NCBI GenBank assembly: GCA_048128005.1
Contig: JBEUKZ010000101.1
Coordinates: forward strand, 186,001-250,000
Length of the DNA stretch: 64,000 nucleotides
From: Veleropilina oligotropha
Taxonomy: Eukaryota
Direction of reading: 5' to 3'
The notes under the pieces: model-generated
What the model saw: only the letters and a program-made list of their open reading frames with translations
Told to the model about the DNA's origin: nothing
Database searches by the model: none
Shown here: piece by piece, positions 63,001 through 64,000 of the stretch
How positions within the stretch are numbered: the first letter of the stretch is position 1
Layout of the letters: every line of letters begins with the position of its first letter
Made by a program: the position numbers and the translations under genes

Positions 63001-63787
63001 GACGGTATATCATTTATTTCATGGTGTTTTGGGAGCAGTCAAAACAGGTGTCCCTCAGTAGTGGGGAGGATCGAGAGAACTTTTACCCTCGGTAGTGGGG
63101 AGGATCGAGAGAACTGTTACCCTCGGTAGTGGGGAGGATCGAGAGAACTGTTGCCCTCGGTCTTCGGCCTCAGGCAACAGTTCTCTCGATCCTCCCCGCT
63201 ACCTCGTGACAACAAATTTGAATGTTCCCAAAACCCCATAAAATAATTGTATACCGTGTGCAATTAAAACAGTAAAACACATTTGACAATGTTATCATCC
63301 ATCAAACTAACCCTTTAAAATAGGTATGACGTGACTCGTACTACTGACAGTATCCACACACGCGATAAACAATTGCTACATAGGGCAAATAAAAAGTAAT
63401 GATTAAATTTGGATAGCAGATTTTCACTAACAGCAGGCGGGTAATATTCTAGGCAATCCATATTTGAAATTTGGACATCAAATTCGGCAGCTGTTCACAG
63501 TAACGTCTAAAAATTGATCAGTAAAAAACCTAACTTCCATATAGCATGGCACAGAATTTTCCAGCAATTGAACGCTGATCGAGACCGCCTACCTTGGGAC
63601 CTCCAACAGCGTCGTTCTGCTTGAGCTTCACTTTCACGTCCTGTCGTCCTGGCAAGACGGCAATTTTGATTGGCTTAGATTCACCAAACAGGTAAGCTGA
63701 CGACTTGGAGTCGCTGGACAGGGATTCTGTTACATCCTGGGAAGACTGCGACGCGAATGAGGAGGAGCATCCCAGGGAGTCCGTGTT
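5915..63787 (-). CDS. ATG2: ATG2 (autophagy-related protein 2), 20 internal coding exons; gene extends beyond both window ends
   Basis: Exons with GT-AG boundaries and compatible phases join into one ORF of 2,942 nt. Motifs match recalled vertebrate ATG2A/B in colinear order: KLKQNDAVGGPKLDID..LLSPQQV, EIDITIVDRISSLL, RFPIPDMR..PWW, EPSPFSNRRSMYE..MVMPAD, LYNRISNDLLLWQPMAPSP, HGELL..YLCF..LYH, KGATLRHRM..SW, LHVHMWSCAVDYR. Confidence 0.95.
6456..6536 (-). CDS. ATG2: ATG2 exon w19
   Basis: 81 nt; DYVLALGMKGATLRHRMAPSGQSWISQ. Confidence 0.93.
6563..6831. repeat. 55-bp minisatellite, about 5 copies, beside the exon w19 acceptor
   Basis: Unit TCCTCTGCGTCCCCGATATAGTGGTGTTGGTGATGCAGGCAGTGGTTAGTATATA. 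Confidence 0.95.
7371..7585 (-). CDS. ATG2: ATG2 exon w18
   Basis: 215 nt; HLEPTL..DSQDMLTVSVKIKLDNTFKNVK. Confidence 0.92.
7878..8150 (+). mobile_element. SINE, divergent family A relative with (CCAA)-type tail
   Basis: GGTTCGAGCC B box and core CAGTTGTCCGTAACTG..AGAGGGCGGG. Confidence 0.7.
8283..8481. repeat. 28-bp minisatellite, about 7 copies, copied from the exon w17 3' end and donor
   Basis: Unit CTGGACCTACCGTTGTGGTATAAGTTCC; the first unit overlaps the exon end. Confidence 0.95.
8463..8613 (-). CDS. ATG2: ATG2 exon w17
   Basis: 151 nt; HHGELLILIDDGTLFIV..LQYLCFQANKGNLYHN. Confidence 0.92.
9187..9332 (-). CDS. ATG2: ATG2 exon w16
   Basis: 146 nt; DSDSDDE..QSKLCISINIGQGRV. Confidence 0.9.
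9562..10090. mobile_element. Non-autonomous hairpin-headed element (Crypton-like)
   Basis: Long hairpin CATATGAGAATTATGAAAC..GTTTCATAATTCTCATATG and inverted TTATCACATGAC/GTCATGTGATAA. Confidence 0.5.
10387..10538 (-). CDS. ATG2: ATG2 exon w15
   Basis: 152 nt; ISNDLLLWQPMAPSP..FESCRSA. Confidence 0.93.
11013..11155 (-). CDS. ATG2: ATG2 exon w14
   Basis: 143 nt; MVMPADKEEMRLFQDKA..LPNL..PDKDFIELLYN(R). Confidence 0.93.
11552..11901 (+). mobile_element. Non-autonomous hairpin element (Crypton-like); inverted second copy at 47721-48345
   Basis: Near-identical reverse-complement copy (ORFs 11605 and 48102 nearly identical); internal palindromes; TTACACAACGG/CCGTTGTGTAA. Confidence 0.75.
11919..12123 (-). 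CDS. ATG2: ATG2 exon w13
   Basis: 205 nt; SVLDDE..SLNGACQFDKAEPSPFSNRRSMYEKEEM. Confidence 0.93.
12410..12506 (-). CDS. ATG2: ATG2 exon w12
   Basis: 97 nt; FFQQDPSKVPVSFAHISQD..FNLP(R). Confidence 0.87.
12622..13092 (+). mobile_element. HINE-like element
   Basis: AACAAGAG start, internal repeats, GGAC microsatellite near the 3' end. Confidence 0.5.
13235..13404 (-). CDS. ATG2: ATG2 exon w11
   Basis: 170 nt; RFPIPDMRSGHQTDRPWWIRMLRRETLILDLEELDFQT. Confidence 0.93.
14148..15943. mobile_element. Non-autonomous pogo-like MITE
   Basis: TA TSD; TIR CTGTAAACCA..TGGTTTACAG with TTAGCGAA subterminal motifs like the element at 53248-55727. Confidence 0.8.
14847..15562 (+). mobile_element. HINE-like element nested in the pogo MITE
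   Basis: AACAAGAGCTGTC start, internal repeats, (GACGCC)n, 3' hairpin AGCTCG..CTATT/AATAG..CGAGCT. Confidence 0.6.
16418..16521 (-). CDS. ATG2: ATG2 exon w10
   Basis: 104 nt; FSQALDEGP..VRLSCPAARLFL(R). Confidence 0.88.
16590..16834 (-). mobile_element. SINE family A, diverged copy
   Basis: GATGCTTAATGTCCTGTATATTTACAAC and TTCGAACCCACTACTGTTCG are shared with the copy at 988-1250. Confidence 0.75.
17024..17206 (-). CDS. ATG2: ATG2 exon w9
   Basis: 183 nt; TEVHLELERFDMEIDITIVDRISSLLKP. Confidence 0.92.
17658..17771 (-). CDS. ATG2: ATG2 exon w8
   Basis: ctttcag|...|gtgaag, 114 nt; LLTFRRDVAPL..NVRIKLYNHEKYK. Confidence 0.85.
17819..18382. repeat. 24-bp minisatellite, about 22 copies (shorter copy 22695-22825)
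   Basis: Unit GCTATGGTTATGCATATGCCTGCA. Confidence 0.97.
21398..22505 (+). mobile_element. HINE-like element(s) with ~180-bp tandem cores (paralog about 26876-28272; related units continue to about 29845)
   Basis: ACAAGAG start; repeats of CCAGAGTATCAGGTGACATCCAT; GAC microsatellite; hairpin GTCTCGC..GCGAGAC. Confidence 0.55.
24741..25775. mobile_element. hAT-like MITE with 6-bp TSD
   Basis: TIR CAGCCCTCG(G/C)AATTA; TSD TGATGA at 24735-40 and 25776-81; repeated GCCGACCT subterminal motifs. Confidence 0.88.
28890..29283. mobile_element. Hairpin-ended non-autonomous element (Crypton-like)
   Basis: Hairpin 29145-29283 with ~60-bp arms; ATATCTTACC/GGTAAGATAT inverted pair. Confidence 0.5.
29296..29525. 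mobile_element. Fold-back Penelope-like (pLTR) insertion
   Basis: Perfect 97-bp inverted arms 29296-29392 and 29396-29492; 15-bp TSD AACTAATAATATGTT at 29281-95 and 29526-40; hammerhead motif in each arm. Confidence 0.75.
29404..29448 (+). ncRNA. Minimal type I hammerhead ribozyme, G3:C8 variant (mirror copy on the minus strand at 29340-29384)
   Basis: Stem I ATTAC/GTAAT; core GTGACCA plus an extra A; stem II GACTGC/GCGGTC; GAAA; palindromic ACGT stem III; GTC cleavage triplet ending at 29443. Confidence 0.7.
32442..32850. mobile_element. Kolobok-like MITE
   Basis: TTAA TSD; TIR AGAGACTATTGCCCGTAAATGC..GCATTTACGGGCAATAGTCTCT. Confidence 0.8.
35596..38136 (+). CDS. LRR-FN3 single-pass type I membrane protein (FLRT-like architecture), 846 aa, intronless CDS nested antisense in an ATG2 intron
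   Basis: Signal peptide MSSIVLSVCLLLPFVHSSLSA; LRRNT (C..ECNC..IDC); roughly 17 LxxLxLxxN repeats; LRRCT NPLHCDCKLRWL..C..P; Thr/Pro stalk; FN3 (LKVTW..LTPHTRYEVCV); TM LIGIIVGSIVGGIVLIVVIIAIAYILL followed by KGKKKK; cytoplasmic RPLPLPP and Tyr motifs. Splice acceptor tttcag ends at 35542, just upstream of the ATG. Confidence 0.92.
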   Translation: MSSIVLSVCLLLPFVHSSLSACISPITECNCFTTTDGNIIDCARKGLTSIPMIATSTEQFYSLLLNDNDITTIREDAFNGLNVLRLNMLNNALNNISVAAFQGIEGTLQEILLEGDGNEGPPFDALQPLSGLRVLTLHSFHLPSINPNNLGYFENLQELELRNFALNYIHPDTFLNVTNLLKLDLRSNSFTSLPLTAMQQLTKLRYLSFEGNSIDEIGPDAFSTMTSLQDLNLIQNAIATLDSNSFRGLESSLQYLGLSINALDRNDLAAFSILRQLQQLPLAHNSIEAIPAGVFQNNADLQYINMNNNQLRTLDQSMLVGLDQSLVHLDLSENPLETIADNTFENLRHLQELNLFELTLGVSLSWTSVVGLESSLIRLDLRASRIQATDSFWLALKTLTYLIELDLSDNNLNDVPKFAFQGNIHLQSLKLDQNNLNNVSQETFFGLRDTLNAVSLRTNSLTTLEECVFQNFTKLTAIQLGSNPLHCDCKLRWLRVWMDETMHPDVIPFTAWLCSSPPEHNGDRFVDLLPENFTCSGNSSTSICVNYYTTTPIPTTSITELPTAPPTSTTQAPTTQPTTTIEPLTLHIDAVIRTDSLKVTWTLNYQSEYIDAFYVTHEDIGAKKSEQSRDLHKSTRVYDIVDLTPHTRYEVCVWPRVAHGGFVQGCKSFQTEAVTTTVAPTTSDQGQLIGIIVGSIVGGIVLIVVIIAIAYILLKGKKKKPEHVYSEPIDPKPWSMSESSKPPNSKRYVKKEPKKGDVDRNINIQIISEGKTDPGRLSAGSYQYLRTADMDPDSEMRESSDQKHSDHVKSQNMNGRPLPLPPGPDNYVISPDDEFEYKPKYYEIHL
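39121..40740. mobile_element. Kolobok-like MITE (same family) with a nested HINE-like element at about 39185-40455
   Basis: TTAA TSD and same TIRs; the insert has AACAAG start, AGTCCCCCG subterminal IR, tandem cores, GGAC microsatellite and 3' hairpin. Confidence 0.8.
41249..45770 (-). mobile_element. Ty3/Gypsy LTR retrotransposon (Mag-clade-like)
   Basis: LTRs 41249-41391 (TG..CA, 143 bp) and 45641-45770, identical over 130 bp. PBS TGGTGGCAGCG (complement of a tRNA-Leu 3' end) at 45630-45640; polypurine tract at 41392-41404. Confidence 0.95.
41652..45343 (-). pseudogene. Gypsy gag-pol, frameshifted near 43545 within RT and apparently again near the integrase C-terminus
   Basis: Twin CCHC knuckles, protease VDTGAS, RT (LPFGL, QVDDVII), RNase H (DAS, EKE, TDHKPL), integrase HHCC and D,D,E. 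The RT frame resumes as DLSEHDRNL after a 1-nt shift. Confidence 0.9.
46445..47546. repeat. 58-bp minisatellite, about 19 copies
   Basis: Unit CACGTCTGTGCAACAGTAGGACTGCACTCAGCATTACATCTCAATCATCAAGTCATCA. Confidence 0.97.
47801..48071. mobile_element. hAT-like MITE with 5-bp TSD, nested in the Crypton-like copy
   Basis: TIR CAGGCGCGGATCCAGG..CCTGGATCCGCCCCTG; TSD TAGGG; the empty site is present in the copy at 11552-11901. Confidence 0.85.
48807..50274. mobile_element. Non-autonomous TIR element, Ginger1-like
   Basis: TIR TGTCA(T/G)ATAGAAT(T/A)TTGACCC; inserted at the CCGG of a repeat unit (right flank reads GGGG); many TGACCCG subterminal repeats. Confidence 0.65.
49450..49760 (-). pseudogene. 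Decayed CR1/L2-type LINE reverse transcriptase C-terminal fragment
   Basis: Minus-strand peptides LFYKICILPVIDYCSTVCG and LQKRTVRIIL..GWLPFSHR, with stop and frameshift. Confidence 0.65.
50416..50602 (-). CDS. ATG2: ATG2 exon w7
   Basis: tttag|...|gtgagg, 187 nt; CLGKPLTVEC..VGLLEVVECLY..PEYSE, joins exon w8 as YSE|LLTF (cf. vertebrate YTELLTF). Confidence 0.9.
50860..51295. repeat. 38-bp (and ~58-bp) minisatellite
   Basis: Unit GATCCGGATAATGGTAAGACTCGATCCTCCTAAAAGAT. Confidence 0.93.
51862..52132 (-). CDS. ATG2: ATG2 exon w6
   Basis: tctag|...|gtaagc, 271 nt; LDDPAAELTRYRLKVGFVSLSVLHENP...FSEACPQNHI. Confidence 0.88.
53248..55727 (-). mobile_element. pogo-superfamily DNA transposon (DD35D), full length, inserted into a 36-bp minisatellite
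   Basis: TA target duplication (53246-47, 55728-29); imperfect TIRs CTGTAA..TTACAG with repeated TTAGCG/CGCTAA subterminal motifs. Confidence 0.93.
53525..54979 (-). CDS. pogo/Tigger-like transposase (Brinker-type/CENP-B HTH plus DDE_1)
   Basis: First ATG at 54979. YTPEEKAKIARYA..AAKHF, GWVNSLLGR, NFDQTG, LFDVFQAH, LQPLD (35 residues between D2 and D3). Probable 1-nt shift in the A7 run at 53585-53591 hides a GWEKAGI end. Confidence 0.9.
   Translation of the reverse strand: MLRWLTKENPGGRFPDPTPGLPDPNQCSNPRDAEECAVVNSEIDKILTENRTASSRKRKRSPYEVYTPEEKAKIARYAIDNGNTKAAKHFSAKLGKQINESSVRNMKKAYLKLERETPEQSVDRLPCNKRGRSLMLGDFEVRIIARIHAVRESGGIINRQIVTGIAKGVVSFQNRGLLREHGGSVDITRGWVNSLLGRLGLVKRKGTKAARKLPNDFEAVRSTFLDRMKSTIREFVVPKSLIINFDQTGVKIVPVSDWTLERQGTKQVEIIGLEDKRQITAVMCASADGVLLPLQLLYTGKTDMCHPKFKFPDEWDIFHTANHWSNSVSMDRYVDTIIEPYMTATRKRLGFSSEQKAIALFDVFQAHRTDKFLTKLRAINVLPLFVPAGCTGELQPLDLSVNGDFKTLLKQHFTTWYASEVENEMRNEDSVVAKVDLKLSTLKPLHANWILKSYDTLKSDTKCFFARMGESRNTFSAFGLPIIQ
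55940..55993 (-). CDS. ATG2: ATG2 exon w5 (short, low conservation)
   Basis: tgcag|...|gtaagc, 54 nt, phase 1-1; ARQLPKESKRPHRHSYQ; supported mainly by splice signals and phase. Confidence 0.6.
56156..57858. mobile_element. Non-autonomous TIR element, superfamily uncertain
   Basis: TIR CCAGACCCC..CTAG / CTAG..GGGGTCTGG; possible TAA TSD; GGGGCAGGG subterminal repeats. Confidence 0.55.
58036..58430. mobile_element. PIF/Harbinger-like MITE
   Basis: TTA TSD; TIR GGC(T/C)AAATAAAAT..TGTGTTTC(T/C)GGTAA. Confidence 0.75.
58495..59240. mobile_element. MITE containing a second MITE (58685-59131)
   Basis: Outer TGTGCCC..TTTTATGA / TCATAAAA..GGGCACA; inner GGGGCGCGTTGCTTTCATTAAACCGTTTGCAA inverted repeat. 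Confidence 0.7.
59378..59497 (-). CDS. ATG2: ATG2 exon w4
   Basis: tccag|...|gtaagt, 120 nt, phase 1-1; ESTDDLYYSMA..DMESSFSSNYS. Confidence 0.85.
59621..60085 (+). mobile_element. HINE-like element with a (TA)n microsatellite
   Basis: AACAAGA start, ATGTCTTGAC/GTCAAGACAT subterminal IR, (TA)n at about 59980-60013. Confidence 0.55.
60225..61550. repeat. Degenerate minisatellite (63-bp proximal, about 41-63 bp distal units) copied from the exon w3 end and donor
   Basis: About 20 copies of (minus strand) CATGGTGAACTCCCTGG|GTGAGT. Confidence 0.92.
61505..61654 (-). CDS. ATG2: ATG2 exon w3
   Basis: tttag|cagcag (tandem NAG acceptors)...|gtgagt, 150 nt; RNKPMGVQDFKRVEHELQREL; donor is the first unit of a repeat array. 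Confidence 0.85.
61883..62258. mobile_element. MITE
   Basis: About 40-bp TIR GGTACTTCCCCACAG(A/C)TCCGGCTTTTA. Confidence 0.7.
62297..62393 (-). CDS. ATG2: ATG2 exon w2
   Basis: ttcag|...|gtaaag, 97 nt; LDIDFTLTALHILLSPQQVHKLIELASGMAFP. Confidence 0.9.
62790..63003 (-). mobile_element. tRNA-derived SINE family B (second copy about 8870-9065)
   Basis: Head GTCCTCGATAGCTCAACTGG..GGTTCAAGCC; shared CCGGTTTAA(A)GGTCTCACTCC..ATCTGA in both copies. Confidence 0.7.
63006..63253. mobile_element. Hairpin element (Crypton-like) with internal ~32-bp triplication
   Basis: Inverted GGGGAGGATCGAGAGAACTGTTGCC/GGCAACAGTTCTCTCGATCCTCCCC; inverted ends TTATTTCATGG/CCATAAAATAA. Confidence 0.5.
63593..63787 (-). 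CDS. ATG2: ATG2 exon w1 (first in window)
   Basis: tgcag|...|gtagg, 195 nt, phase 0-0; ...PIKIAVLPGRQDVKVKLKQNDAVGGPK. Confidence 0.88.
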
Positions 63788-64000
63788 CTGCAGAGTAACA
63801 AGAGAAGACCATTACCAATCGCAAGCCAGCCGTGAATGCATAAATGGAACTGATAATGTTTGAAGTAATTTCATTATTATTACAATGGCATTGAAACAAA
63901 TTTCTGCCTCATCGTCTTTAATTGATTGCATGACACACAAAATTCCCTGGTTGAGACCTTTCAAGTAAAGAATTTCAAGTCTGCACAGCAACTCCTCTTG

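Overview
AT-rich, repeat-dense animal genomic DNA. The repeat types suggest a lophotrochozoan or mollusc-like invertebrate (inference). The whole window lies inside one minus-strand gene, ATG2 (autophagy lipid-transfer protein). I assembled by hand 20 internal GT-AG exons (2,942 nt, about 980 codons, all phases compatible) between 63787 and 5915, and the gene continues beyond both window ends. Its 32.6-kb intron (17772-50415) holds an intact antisense nested gene with an intronless CDS for an LRR-FN3 single-pass receptor (35596-38136). The same intron holds a young Mag-like Ty3/Gypsy element inserted into a tRNA-derived SINE, and a ~4.4-kb tandem duplication in which one copy keeps a 6-bp-TSD hAT-like MITE and the other shows an Ac-style excision footprint. 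It also holds a 230-bp perfect fold-back insertion carrying a minimal Penelope-type hammerhead ribozyme (G3:C8 core variant) on each strand. Other introns contain a near-intact DD35D pogo-like transposon plus a related MITE, Kolobok-, Ginger-, Harbinger- and Crypton-like MITEs, many Helentron-associated (HINE-like) elements and SINEs. Several minisatellites are amplified copies of ATG2's own exon-end/5' splice sites. There is no CRISPR array, rRNA or true tRNA gene. All identifications come from reading the sequence and recalling families; no database searches were run.
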